DNA of 64,000 bases from Lama guanicoe. Lineage: Eukaryota. The notes beneath the pieces were generated by a model. That model did no database searches. It saw only the letters and a program-made list of their open reading frames with translations, and was not told the DNA's origin. The DNA lies in contig MU053557.1 of the NCBI GenBank assembly GCA_013239625.1, forward strand, positions 1,743,063 to 1,807,062, read 5' to 3'. Positions 52,001 to 64,000 of the stretch are shown here, piece after piece. Position 1 is the first letter of the stretch. Each line of letters begins with the position of its first letter. The position numbers and the translations under genes were made by a program.

Positions 52001-52100
52001 ACAGGTGAAATAAAATCAGTCATAACTGATAATGGATGATGAATAACCAGAGGCTCATTATGCTAGTCTACTTCTACGTATAATAAAATTTTTGTGCTTA
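49030..52100 (+). mobile_element. Old L1 (L1MC-like) ORF2 fragments and 3' region
   Basis: cagtaaatgtaaatgggcttaac (EN start, VNVNGLN); gttttactggtgcatgaatagacaa; caggaataaaatcagcaaaatttggactgtgggaaactcta. Confidence 0.7.
50876..51233 (+). mobile_element. MaLR solo LTR (MLT1A/B-like) nested in L1
   Basis: tgttatggactg...ggaggtgattaaggttaaatgaggtcat...ctcagacttttagcctccagaactgtgagaaaata...gactgaaaca; catgt on both sides. Confidence 0.9.
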
Positions 52101-52211
52101 AATGAAACCAGAAAAATGGAAAACAGCACTACCACCATTCACCTCAGGCACTGGGGATAAAGTGTGACAAGAGTTTTCAAGTCGGTAAGCACTTATGGTA
52201 AAAACTCATTA

Positions 52212-52943
52212 GTCAGAATGGCCATCATCCTGCAGTCCACAAACAACAAATGCTGGAGAGGGTGTAGAGAAAAGGAAACCCTCCTACATTGCTGGTGGGA
52301 ATGTAGTTTGGTGCAACCATGATGGAAAACAGTATGGAAGCTCCTAAAAAAACCTAAAAATACACTTACCCTATAATCCAGCAATCCCACTCCTGGGCAT
52401 ATATCCAGAGGGAACCTTAATTCAAACAGACACATGCACCCCAACGTTCGTAGCAGCAATAGTTACAATAGCCAAGACATGGAAACGGCCTAAATGTCCA
52501 TCAACAGATGACTGGATAAAGAAGCTGTGGTATATTTATACAATGGAATACTACTCAGCTGTAAAAAAATAATAAAATAATGTCATTTGCAACAACATGG
52601 ATGGACCTGGAGATTGTCATTCTTTATCCAGGCATCTCTTGATGGACAAGTGAACTTATTTACAAAACAGAAACAGATTCACAGACATAGCAAACAAACT
52701 TATGGTTACCAGGGGCATAGTGGGTGGGAAGGAATAAACTGGGGGTTTGAGATTTGCAGATGCTAACTACTGTATATAAAGTGAATAAACAACAAATTTA
52801 TACTGTACAGCACAGGGAACTATATTCAATATCTTGTAGTAACCTATAATGAAAAAGAATATATGTATGAATATGTGTGACTGAAACATTATGCTGTACA
52901 CCAGAAATTGACACAACATTGTAAACTGACTATACTTCAAAAA
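52212..52943 (+). mobile_element. Young 5'-truncated L1
   Basis: ORF2 C-terminal sequence (aaatgctggagagggtgtagagaaaagg), 3'UTR and polyA; imperfect TSD aaaaactcatta / aaaaatcacta. Confidence 0.92.
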
Positions 52944-55900
52944 AAAAATCACTACTGAACCAGTATCTCTATGGGTGGTGTCCCCTATCCTGTATTTTTA
53001 ACAAGTTCCCAGTAATTCAGATGAAGTCAGCTCAGAACTTACTCTGACACTAGAATTTAAACCAATAGTGCTCAAGCTCTTTAAATCCATGTCCCCTTTT
53101 GAAAGGGGAGGTAAAGCTCTTGTATCTACCTTTAATGTTATTAATACAAACATTACTATTTTAAGAACTTTTTTCTTAACTGTGTACCTTTGCCACCTCA
53201 CCTGTCCAAGATTCTCTACCTACCCCTTGGGTAGGTCCTCAAATTGTTTCATGAATATTAATTCAAAACAGTTTGAGCAACCTGAAAATATGTATTTTGC
53301 CATATTTCTTTCAGCAGCTCCTTGACTGCCTTTAGCATCACAATTTGGCAGGATGATTAATTCTTTCATTCAAGAACTATTTACTGAGCACCTGATATGT
53401 GCCAAGGATAAAATTGTAATCAAGAAAACATCTCTGCTCTTGGGGAAACTGCATACTAGCACATAGAGGTAGTTAATCATCAAGAGAAGGCAGGATGAAT
53501 ACTATGAAGATAATAAAATAGGAATACATATGGAATGCCTTATCCTGGAATGAGCACATGAGAGGAGACAATCAGTTGGAAGAGAGAGAAAAATAAATAT
53601 GAAGAAACGACCAGAAGCACAAGAAGAGAGAGAGAATTACCAAGAAGGTAACTGCTTTGGTTCCCGATGATTTTTCTGGTTCCTGGATTTAGTCCCTGAG
53701 ATTCTTACAATAAGTTCTTTGTTTGCTTAAGCTAGCTGGGGTGTTTCTAATATCTGCAACCAGAGCACTGATATTCACAAGGGACCAGAGGGAGGAAAAG
53801 CATTCAACATAGACTGAGTTTGGGAGAAATCAGTTTGTTCCATTTGCCTAAGCAAACGAAAGCAATCCCACAGAAAAGTGACAGATCACAAAATGTCATG
53901 TCCTGGCACTCAGTAGGAGGCCCTGTGTGCTTTTACGGGGGGCTATGACAGCCTGCACCCCACTAGGTCTGGGAAGGCACCGTGCCTTTCACACCCTCCT
54001 GACCACAGCAATCTGACAGCAGAGGCTAATGAATCCCGCAGTTGCGGTTGAGATGCTTTTTCCTGCTTCAGCAGTGGAGAAAGCCCAGCTGGCTTCTTCA
54101 TTCAGGTACTGGGGGGAAAAAAGAAAACAGGAGGAAGCTGGTTTCCCAGTTCACAAACAATTATGAAAAATTCTGTCCAAGGGCCACTTTCAGAAACACA
54201 ATGTGCACAGTAGGTAGGAACCAGGAAGCTGTGAGCAAAAGCCTCTGAGTGTCAGTCCCATTCGGAGAATAAATCCCATCTCTACTGAGACAAAATTTTG
54301 TTCCCTTCCCTTTGCTTCTGCTTCCATGACATGGTCCTCTATCTTGTCTGTTTTCTGAATTCTCCTGGTACATATCATGGTTGCTTGTCTTCACTCTTCT
54401 ACCGGAAGATAAACACTCTTGAGCAGGATTCGGGTCAAGTTCACTCAGACTTGCCAAAATGCATAGCATAGTGCCTCGTATAGCATAACAAACACGCTTG
54501 GTGATAAGCTTTTAAGAACAGAGGCTCTGCCATTGACTATCTGTGTGATCTTGGGAAGTCTTAACTTCTCCATGTCTTATTTTCCTTACTTACAAAAGAG
54601 CGATACTGTTCCATTGCTCTCTGGATTATGGTTAAATGAAGATGAAGACACATGTCAAGTGCCTTGCATGGATAAGCACGCTAAAAATGGTAGCTGTTAT
54701 TAGCAAGTACTGGCCTGAGCAGTGCAGAACCAAACTGTGCCCCTTCTCGCCCACATATTCTATTATCACTGTCATAGCTGACTTTTACTGCAACCCCAGA
54801 AGTGCCTCACTAGAAAGGGTGCATCCTTCCACCAGGAGAGGGAGCTTGGCTAGGTAGAGAGCAACCACACTAACCAACCACAGTACTAAGCACACAGTAA
54901 ATATCTGCATCACGCCCAGCTTTGAAATGTGCAAAAATTATACCTGCTTGTGCCAAGTCAGAAACTTGGCGTCCAAGCTCCTGATGGTACATTCATCACC
55001 ATGTCCCAGAAAGATGCTGACTGAAGGTTTTCAAAAACTTCAAAAGACTCTTGCAATAATTGCATATTCATTAGATAAATTGGTTCTAGATTATTTTTAA
55101 AACTGTAACTTGAAAAAAAAAGACCAACACAGAATAAGAGAATTACGTGGGAGTGATGTTTAGAATATAAAAATGTAGACTACTATTCATCCTTTCTGAA
55201 AGCACTGAATGGTTAAAAAGAGAGAAAGAGAAAGATGGAGAAGGGAAACTAAAAATAAAAAGCCATACAGAGGAAAAGAATATCTTTATGAAATTCAGCC
55301 CTGGGGAAGTATACAGAATTTTTCTATTAGTTTGCAAGTATCTGCCAGGATCTTGTTCATGGAGGACCCACACTCTGGTACAGAAGACCGGCTCCATTTT
55401 TGTAGACTCCATTATTCCCAAAGTAAGCAGCTGCCACTTCACCCAGATGTGCTAATAGGGTGGAGAGTCAGGAAAAGCAGACAAAAGCCACTGATGGAGC
55501 ATCAGGTGCCTCACAGCTTCCTGCCTTGAAGTGCATCACAAAATGGAAAAACAAGTCCAAGAACACAGGGCCAGGCAGCGTTCTCCACGACGGGAGCGCC
55601 GAGCAGTGCAAACGCTGGCATTTGCCACGCGGGAAGGTTAAGTGACTGCACTCCACTCCTGAGGACACATGGGCGCAATATTAAGGTATAAATGAAAGAG
55701 CCCAGCAGTAGCTCCCGTTACTTGCCAGTGCCCACCGATGTGGATCATTTCACCATATGCAAAGGGCTGGCTGCCTTTCTACCTGGCAGAAAAATCAAGA
55801 CACCAGTTCCAAAACCAACCCCATCTTCCATGATTATAAGCACAGTGCTGTATTAGCAGACTAGTGAAGAGGACGGAAATTGAAAAAATGATCATAGAAT

Positions 55901-56024
55901 TAAATTTATGATTACGAAGCATATCTAGTGCTCCAAAGGAGAGAAACAGAGACGTAGAGAAAAAAAATAAGGGGCACTATTTGTACTAGGGAAGGGGCAC
56001 AGGCAGAGGAGAACAGTGTCTCTA

Positions 56025-56265
56025 GGCAGTGTGGCATGGCGGTTAAGAACCCGAGCCCAGGTATCCAAAAGATTTAGATTTGAGCCCAATCCTGCCCCTT
56101 TCTAGCTCTGTGACTTTGACTTCAGGCAAGCCATGTCCCTCTCCAAGTTTCAGTTCCACTTGTTTGCAAAATGGGACTAAGACCCTAGACAGTACCTGAA
56201 GACGGGAGGATGTAATCCACGTTGCTACTAGAATTTAGTAAGCACCGACTCAGTAAAATTATTAT
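56025..56265 (+). mobile_element. MIR SINE
   Basis: aggcagtgtggcatggcggttaagaac...tctagctctgtgactttg...aagtttcagttccacttgtttgcaaaatggg. Confidence 0.75.
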
Positions 56266-56295
56266 TAGACATGATAGTTCAAAATGTATCACACT

Positions 56296-56672
56296 GGTGT
56301 TAATTTGCCAGGGCTGTCCACAAACGCCACAGACTGGGCAGCTTACACAACAGAAATTTATTTTCTCACAGCTCTTGGAGGTGTCAGCAAAGTTGGATTC
56401 GCCTGAAGCCTCTCCCCTTGGCTTGCAGATAGCTGCTTTCTCACTGTGTCCTCACAGGGTCTCCCTTCTGTGTGTGCACATCCTTAATGCGTCTGTGTGT
56501 CCAAATTTCCTCCTCTTAGAGGGACACCAGGTAGATTGGATTAAAGCCCACCCCAGTGGCCTCACTTTAAGTTAATCACCTCTTTAAAGGCTCAATCTCC
56601 AAGGCGCCTGAAGTCCTGGGGTTAAGGCTTCAAAAAAATTGATTTGGAGGGTACACAGTTCAGCCCATAACA
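56296..56672 (-). mobile_element. MaLR solo LTR (MLT1B/C-like)
   Basis: ccacagactgggcagcttacacaacagaaatttattttctcacag...gggacaccaggtagattggatta...cacagttcagcccataaca. Confidence 0.85.
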
Positions 56673-57439
56673 GCCAGTATAAATGTCAGAGCGGACCAAT
56701 CAGAAAAGACACTGCTTAACCACTGGCCAATCAGAACAGATGGTGGTTGCACAAAACCTACATGGTGAACTGATGCAAATGGGTTACTGTTACCGTTACG
56801 ATTATTATCACTTACTGCATTCTGTTAACACTGCCTCTACGCAGGGGTCAGTCAGATTTTCAGGCAGAGTGAGCCAATGTTTCTGAAAGGTGAGATTTCA
56901 GGAGGTGAAGCAGCCTTCAAGCAATTAAAGCTACTCTATGCTGCCTGTCCTTGGAACTGCACAAACACCCAAAGCCTTTGGAAACTACCTTGTAAGAAGA
57001 GGCAGTGGGGGAACAGTGGTAGGGGGAGGAGAAGGGAGGGCACACGAGACAGATTTGAAGGCAAAGACCAGGAAGAAGACCTTTAAGTGGAGAGAGGAAG
57101 ACAACCTGGAAAGAGCCAAGACAGCCCCGGGGGAGGAGGACTCGGTAGGCCCGTCTCTAGCTTTGGTTCTAGTCCAGGGTTCACCAGTCAGAACTTTCAA
57201 ATGTCAAGATATGTTCTTCTTGGCACACTTCCTTGATGTCATCCTACTCAAAAAGATTCACTCTTTTCCTCTCTACCCAATGGCTACTTTTGTTATCCTA
57301 CTGTGCTGTGTTGGACTGAAGGTCGTAGAAGAAGGAAAAAAAAGCCCTAAGAAACCCACCCACATCTTCTCCATCGTTTCCTCCTTCCTCTCCTTCTCCT
57401 TGGTCAGCCTTTATGCTGTGCTTGTCATGAACCGCCCTG

Positions 57440-57600
57440 GGCTTCTAATTTATGCCTGTTTAATCCTCATAACCTGAAGAGCTCCGTTATTTTACAGATG
57501 ACATTAAGTGACTGGCCAAAGCTCACACTAGAGAGTAAGTGCAGGGCTGGAACTTGAACCCAGATCTATCACAGTTTAAATCCTAGCTCTTATCCACTAT
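57440..57600 (-). mobile_element. MIR SINE
   Basis: tttaatcctcataacc...attttacagatga...gcagggctggaacttgaacccagatct. Confidence 0.7.
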
Positions 57601-57879
57601 GATATCCTGTGACTGTACACCCAGGACAGAGCAAGACTGGAAGGACCACGCCTGGGGCCAAGTGATTACCAGCTCCAGCATCAGAATACAGACCGTGGCT
57701 CTGAGTGCTGCCAGCAACCCTAGGGCACAAACAGTTAATGTGGCATATGAAGTTGACGTCAGGACTTGAGGTCATGGTATTAGGAAGCACTGAGGACACA
57801 AGGGGCTTCCAAGTCTAAGACCAAGGTTGGGGCACAAGACAGAGGTGACGAAATTTGGGCTTTTCATCTCTGATTACTC

Positions 57880-58370
57880 CTCCTTCCTCACTCTCTACAT
57901 CTAAGTCATCATGAAGTCCTACTAGTTCCCCCCGCAAAGTAGTTCTGCCTGTCTTTCGCCTCTCCTCATCCTATGTACCACCCTCTCAGTCCAGGTCTCC
58001 CAGCTGGTCTCTCTGCTTCCAGTTTTGATCTAGTCCTTTTCTCCTACAGCAGCCAGATTTTTCTTTCTTAAATATAAATCTCAGCCTACCACTTACCAAC
58101 TTGTGTGGCTTCATTAGGCTCCCATGGCCCTCAAGATGGAGTCGATAGCTCGACAAAATCTTACAAAGTTTTCCACAGTCAACCTTTTCCAGCCTCACCT
58201 CACTTCTGCCGCGTTTGCACTCTTCCGTCAGTGTCTCTGATATAATACACCATGTTCTCTCTAGTCTCCAGGCTTCTGCCAGTATGACACCTACTGTCTA
58301 CAGCATAGTTCCTATCCCAGTGCCTTCAAGTCTCAGATTAGACATCACTTCTCAGAACCTTTCTTAGAGA
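57880..58370 (+). mobile_element. L2 remnant
   Basis: cagcagccagatttttctttcttaaatataaatc; ccttcaagtctcagattagacatcacttc. Confidence 0.65.
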
Positions 58371-60172
58371 CAGGTAAGAATTTAGAAGATAAACTTCATC
58401 ACATTGAAGCTCCCCCACCACCATTTCTTTCTACCCTCAACATTGATGACAAAGGCAACTAGAACCCTATTTTTTTGTGACATCGTATCTGTTCCCAGAG
58501 TGCTTTGAAATAGTGTCTCTGAGTGCTCTGAGATTAGAGAGGGAAGTTCTGTATACTAATCAAAATGAGATAGAGAAAGAGAAAGGGAGAAATTGCCTAT
58601 AATTAAATATTAAGCAAATATCACTAGAAAAGGAAGGGGATTCAGTGTCTTGAGAAGGGTAGAAAGCCATTAACTCATAGGGGAAAGCAGCCCTGCTCTG
58701 TAGAGGGCAATTTCACTGGGTCACCTTCAGGAGGAGTAACAAAAACTTCAAACTCTTCAGAACCCCTGTCCTGGACAGTGTCTCTCTCACAATTCTGAGG
58801 AAACTCTGGCTTTTCTGAGGAAGATTCCAGGAGTTGCTTAACTTCTCTGATCACCCTGGTATCACCATTCTTTGAAAAATCCTGTCAGTATTTTCTCTGT
58901 TAAATTAGATTAAACAACTTGGAGATAGGTAAAATTTTAAACAAGTCAGGCTCTACTCTTCTGCCTCTGTTCTTCACCATGGTATAAAAATATCTGAACC
59001 CACCCACTTCACCTCCCTCCCAAGTCTGACCATGTGCCTCCTGCAGCACCCTGTGCTAGCCTGCATGACCACCTCATCCATACCCCACGTATGTAAGATT
59101 ATAAATTCCCTGAGAGTAGAGACCACGTCTGAGTTATTCATTTGCTAAATCCACTAACACAGTGCTCGGCTTTTAATGTACGTAAAAAAGTAATTCTGAA
59201 TGTTTACAATACAAATAAACAAACCACCCTTCTGTATCACTTCTCACCAATAAGACACCTAAGATGTGACGTTATTTCCCCTAATGCCCACCCCCACCAT
59301 GCCCTGCACCAACAAGAGCTAAGAGAGGGGAGGGTCTTCCTGCAGCTCCACCTAGCGACATCAATCTAATCCCACTTTTGAAAGAGCAGAAGAAATGCTC
59401 ATCTAGGAATAAGCAAGCTGTGAAAAGGCAGAGTTCACTTAGGGCTGGTTTGTAGATGAAAAAAAGACATCTGGACAAATTTTAAAATGCACTTGAGTTT
59501 CAATTCAAGAAACGGGAAACAGAACACGGGCTCAGAACACCAATTACTTGCCCCTTTGTCTCTCCCACTTCTTTGAGAAAACTTAATGAGCTAACTCCTA
59601 GCATGCCAATATAACGTACCCAACATTTGGGTAAATTATAGATTAGCTGTAGCAACCGTTCAGCTTTTTAGAAGAATTTTCCAAATTAGAAAAAAAGTTG
59701 TTGTTTTTTTAATTTTAGTACATTTTGTTCAATGTCCCACAGTCTTGAAAAACACATCAGAACAGAACTGATATGGTCTTATGGCATTTTACCCACCTCT
59801 GGTCTAATTTTCCTAACATTCTTCATGGCTGCTCTATTAAAGCAGGACAAATTATCACCTTGAGAGATGAAGACAGAAAGGAATGTAATAAAATATAGAT
59901 TTTTTAGAACTGTCACTGAGATCTGGAGATGGTAGATGACAATGAAGAAAAGAGCAAGGTTTACCTGGGAGGGGGTGTTGTCTGTGGTTACTACCATTTC
60001 ATTGCTGTTGTTATTCAATAACCTGGCTGTGTTCACAGGACTGTTATCCAGGGGGTGGAACTTTGGGGTTTGACCTCCAAGTTTCTTGGCAGCTTTTAAG
60101 AGGAAAGTGGACATGACATAGGGTCAGTCTAAGTTCTGCCATTTGTTGGCTGCGTGGCCTTGAAAAGCACGT

Positions 60173-60410
60173 TGTCAGAAAACAGACAAACCCAAATTGA
60201 GAGACATTCTACAAAACAACTGGCCTGGACTCTTCAAAAATGTCAATGTCATGGAAGTCAGCAAAAGGCCGAGCAACTATTCTACAGAAAAGACAACTCA
60301 AGAGATTTACAACTAAATGCGATCTGTGCTCCTGGACTGGATCCTAGATCAGGGGAGAAAATGCTAGGGGGAAAAAAAAAGGACAATATTAAGTGAAATG
60401 ACAAAATTAT
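60173..60410 (+). mobile_element. L1MC-like 3' fragment
   Basis: cagacaaacccaaattgagagacattctacaaaacaactggcctggactcttcaaaaatgtcaatgtcatg. Confidence 0.8.
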
Positions 60411-61249
60411 CATTCTTTTGTTTATTGATGTGTTACCTTTTCAGATTTTTCTCCTCCCAGTAGAAGCTCCATGAAGAGAGACTTTTAAAAATTTATTTGC
60501 TTATAGATCACTAGCATTTAGCAGATGTTCCATGATGGTTTTTGAATGGATGAATAAATCGACAAATGAATAACTGGGATCAGCTCTGCCAATCCAATCA
60601 TTTTCCACAAATTACCAGTATTGTCCCAGCTCTGTGCTAGGTAACTTCAAATCAATCACCTCATTTAGTTCTCTTCAAATAAACAAATAGAGTGAAGTAG
60701 ATGCTATCAGTCCCATTCTACAGATTAAGAATCTAAGAATCTCACCAAGGCAAAAGCCAAGACTGGAACCAAGTTCTGACTCCAAAGTCTTTGTTGTTTC
60801 ATTGCATGGTGTAGCCTCAGGAAAGCAGGCACATTCAGTCTCCCCACCCCATCCAATGCCGCTCATTAGCATCCTGAAATCATCTATGTAAGGACTTGAC
60901 AAGGCTTCATTTTCTTCCGCCACTTATCTTTGACACGGTGCCTTCAGCGGCTGTGGGTGATGGGAAGGCTTTTAACCTGGTGAATCAATAGCTGATCCCT
61001 GTCCACCTCCATCACTGCAGTGACATGTGGCAGCCTCAGAGACATCTCAGGTCTTTGAGGTGTCTTGTTTGTTGCCCTGAAGTCCTACTTTGGCAATTTT
61101 CACAACATTAGCTTGTCCTTTGGATGGGAGATGAAACCCTTGGTAATCATTAAGGGCGTGACTTGCATCAGCAGTAATAGTAGCTGGATTTTTGTCCTTG
61201 CTCCAAAAAAGTAAAAAGAAAGCATGGAGCTTTTCTAAAGAAGTCCTTG

Positions 61250-61690
61250 TCAAATATTTATTAAGATACCTATTGAGTTCTCGGCACTGCTTTCAAGGAG
61301 CTTGCAGTCCGGTGGGAAAACGACTAAACAATTAAACGAGTGCCATAGGCAGGAATGTATAGGTTGCCATGGGAAAGGGGGAGAAATCAATCAAAGCTTG
61401 CCAGTGGAAATGACATGTCTGCTGGCACCTAAAGCACATGTGAGACTTACTCAGATAAAAGGGTAAAGTTACCAGTGTCCTTCACAGAGGAAAAGTACTT
61501 CAAGTGCCCGAAGGTGACGGCATGGCACATCAGAAGAACTTAGGACATTCCATGTGCCTAGAGTATAGATGCAAGATTAAGACAATTAGAGGGTTTAGAC
61601 TTTATCCCCTAAGGGCAATGGGAAGCTAATTTTCCATTAAGACAATCTTCTGCAGGCTTAGTTCAAATGACAGTAAGAAAATGCAGATGG
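61250..61690 (-). mobile_element. L2 remnant
   Basis: caaatatttattaagatacctatt; tcaaggagcttgcagtcc; tttagactttatcccctaagggcaatgggaagc. Confidence 0.6.
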
Positions 61691-61856
61691 ACAGAGACTG
61701 GGACTGGGGGTCCAGTCAGGAAACACAAACTGCACCAATTATTTTGACAAAGATAATTTAATGGGAAGGACTACTAGCCAGAGTGGACAGAGACTGGGAC
61801 TGGGGGCACCAATTATTTTGACAAAGATAATTTAATGGGAAGGACTACTAGCCAGA
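61688..61856. repeat. Tandem duplication; the second copy has an internal deletion
   Basis: 61688-61782 is repeated at 61784-61856 without tccagtcaggaaacacaaact; shared segments are identical. Confidence 0.95.
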
Positions 61857-62395
61857 TGCTGGAAAACTGAAAAGACCAAAAAGAGACACGGAAGTATCAT
61901 AAATGTCGTAACTGCACGAAGCAACTACCAGCTTCAAAGGCTGGAGAAGCAGGGGGAAGAGGCAGGTATCACTAAAATATGTAAGCTTCGAGAAGGGGTA
62001 CTACAGAGTTCCACACAAATCCCTGAAGAGAAGATGCTGCCTGGTTAGTGCTAACTTCTCAGAAGTTTAGAAGATCCAGCAAAGCTGGGATTTAGACTTC
62101 CGAGGAGAGGCTGGCTTGCAGGTGCTGATACATGAGACGGCATCATGAGGGAGGTTCTCAGAGTTAGAAAAACAACCACTGCTGCTACTAGAAGCAAGTG
62201 TCATGGGTGAGGAGAAGCAGCATTGCTGGCTTACATAACCAGGAAGGAGAAAGCCCTTCTTCCTCCAGCTTCAGAGTGTCTTCTGGCTCCCCTCCCCCAC
62301 TGCCAGAGTCTAACAGGAGCCATGTGGGAAATGTGGTTAGCAGAGCTGAGCCCCAGTACCACAAAGCAGAAAGACAGTAGCTGAACAACCATCAC
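61700..62395 (-). mobile_element. Old ERVL-type LTR (family uncertain)
   Basis: gggtccagtcaggaaacacaaactgcaccaattatttt...gggaaatgtggttagcagagctgagccccagtaccacaaagcaga. Confidence 0.45.
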
Positions 62396-62718
62396 ATCAA
62401 AGGTGTGCAGGCTTCAGTCTCCTGGCCCACCTCATGGATGGCCCTGGGGTGGGACCACACTAGAAAGCAAAGGATTAACCTCCAGGGAGAGGAGAGCAAA
62501 AGAAGGAGCACATCCCTGGCAGGGTGACATGTGAGGGAGGAATGTGGGCACTGGAAGGACAATGGCAGCCTTACTTCTACTGCACCTGGAAGAGCTCAGC
62601 TCCATCAGTCTGAAGCCACATAGTACAACAGGCAGGTTATCCTTGGACCCTTCAGTTCACTTATATAACCCTCTATGTGGATCCGCTTGAGAAATTCCTT
62701 CTTTCCCAAACAATGATT

Positions 62719-63225
62719 CTGTGGTGGAGCTGGATACTGTAACTGTCACGCGCTTCACCCCCGACTGCCCTCTGGGGATCCTCCTCTTCTCCACACCCTA
62801 CTGCTTCGTGTGATGTGCCAATTCAGCTTAGCAGTGGAGCACGTGACACAGACCTGAGCCAACTAGAATGCCACATTTCCCTGACCACCGTGATTGGCTC
62901 AAGATAACCCAATCAGATCCCACAAGAGACTGGGATACAGACTCTACTCCTACAATAAGGAACTTAAATCTGGAATTAAAGAGTGTGTTGCAGCTACATT
63001 ATAACCACACATAGAGAGCTTGTTTGAACTGGGAACTACTACCTCAAGATGCAGAGCACAGACAGAAATGGGTCCTGGTGATATCATGTGAGCCCTGAGC
63101 TGTAACTGAAGGCAAATCTAGTGTCAGGACTTTTCAGATAGGTGTGACTACTAAATTATCTTTTTCTACATAAGCCATCTGGAGTGAGGCTTCCTTTCAC
63201 TTGCTACAAAAATTAATAAATATAC
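62719..63225 (+). mobile_element. Old MaLR LTR (MLT1K/L-like)
   Basis: cacgtgacacagacctgagccaac...ccctgaccaccgtgattggctcaag...ggacttttcag...taagccatctggagtgaggcttcctttcacttgc. Confidence 0.7.
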
Positions 63226-63339
63226 TGATGTAGCACCACTGTCTTGCAACTTGTCTCTCCACTCTATTTGCAAAATAAGCTTTTCCTTCCCTCCGTTTTG
63301 GATCACAGTACTGGCAGGAAAATGACATCATATGTTAGA

Positions 63340-63650
63340 AAATACCTTTATTAAACAAAATGAAAATCGTTTAACTTCACTAGTAAACAAAGAAATGCAA
63401 ATTACAATGAGAGTAATCTCATCTCAATTGAAACTGTCCCCTAAAAAAAAAAAACTTTAAAGATGACAGTGACCAATTCTAACAAAGTTATGATGAAACA
63501 AGTACATTTATGCATTTGACTGTATAAATTGATATGGCTATTTTGGAAATCATACTGCAATATGCACTAACAGTCTAAAACTGTTTATAACCTTTGACCC
63601 AGTAATCATACTCTTATAAACTTATCCTAAGAAAATAACTGCACAGACCA
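63340..63650 (+). mobile_element. L1ME-like ORF2 3' fragment
   Basis: aacttcactagtaaacaaagaaatgcaaatta...cctttgacccagtaatcatactct. Confidence 0.7.
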
Positions 63651-63929
63651 TTTTTTTTATCTTGCTTGATACCTCCACGTCTAACTCTAGTTCAATGTCC
63701 TATTTAAAGACTAATTAAAGACTAATTACTAAACCTGTACATCATACTCTACCCACTCTCAAGACCCTGAATAATACTTCTACGTATACTAATGGAGCTT
63801 GGGTTACCTTTGTTTGGGGGGGGTATAATAATCTTGTCAAATCTCTTTTGTATATAATTGTTACTTAAATCTCGTATTGTGAGTCCTTAACACGTTTACA
63901 GTTTCTCCCTTCAAGAAGACTGGAAAGTC

Positions 63930-64000
63930 CTTCAAAAAATGTTAAAATTCGCATGGAAACACAAAAAGATCCCTAACAGGCAAAACAATCTTGAAAAAGA
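63930..64000 (+). mobile_element. L1 ORF2 fragment running off the window end
   Basis: ttaaaattcgcatggaaacacaaaaagatccctaacaggcaaaacaatcttgaaaaag (LKFAWKHKK...). Confidence 0.7.

Noticed and set aside
56938..57477. Longest ORF in the window (179 aa, + strand)
   Set aside because: No recognisable domain; it combines purine-rich and pyrimidine-rich low-complexity stretches and ends in a MIR, consistent with a chance ORF.
61363..61376. Near-perfect RFX X-box gttgccatgggaaa
   Set aside because: A single motif inside a decayed L2 with no promoter context.

Overview
Mammalian genomic DNA, very probably camelid (camel/alpaca/llama): a tRNA-Ala-derived Vic-1-type SINE is present, young L1 3' ends are cetartiodactyl-type, and I saw no Alu, B1, Bov-tA or PRE-1 SINEs. 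A large share of the window is interspersed repeat: many L1 layers (several with readable target-site duplications, TSDs), MIR, L2, MaLR/ERVL solo LTRs and hAT remnants. I recognise no host protein-coding exon; nearly all listed ORFs are L1 remnants, their antisense shadows or chance ORFs. L1s are overwhelmingly on the + strand, suggesting a long intron of an unidentified minus-strand gene (inference). The most notable object is a TSD-flanked L1 at 34421-39311. It has a CpG-rich 5'UTR and ORF1, but about 2 kb of ORF2 is deleted (the endonuclease start is fused to the RT YADD motif), and it has a probable short 3' transduction. Other oddities are an orphan polyadenylated retrocopy, a multiply deleted nested mini-L1 and a recent duplication with an internal deletion. 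I find no convincing evidence of a new biological system. Repeat family names come from recognition by eye and are provisional; boundaries of old repeats are approximate.
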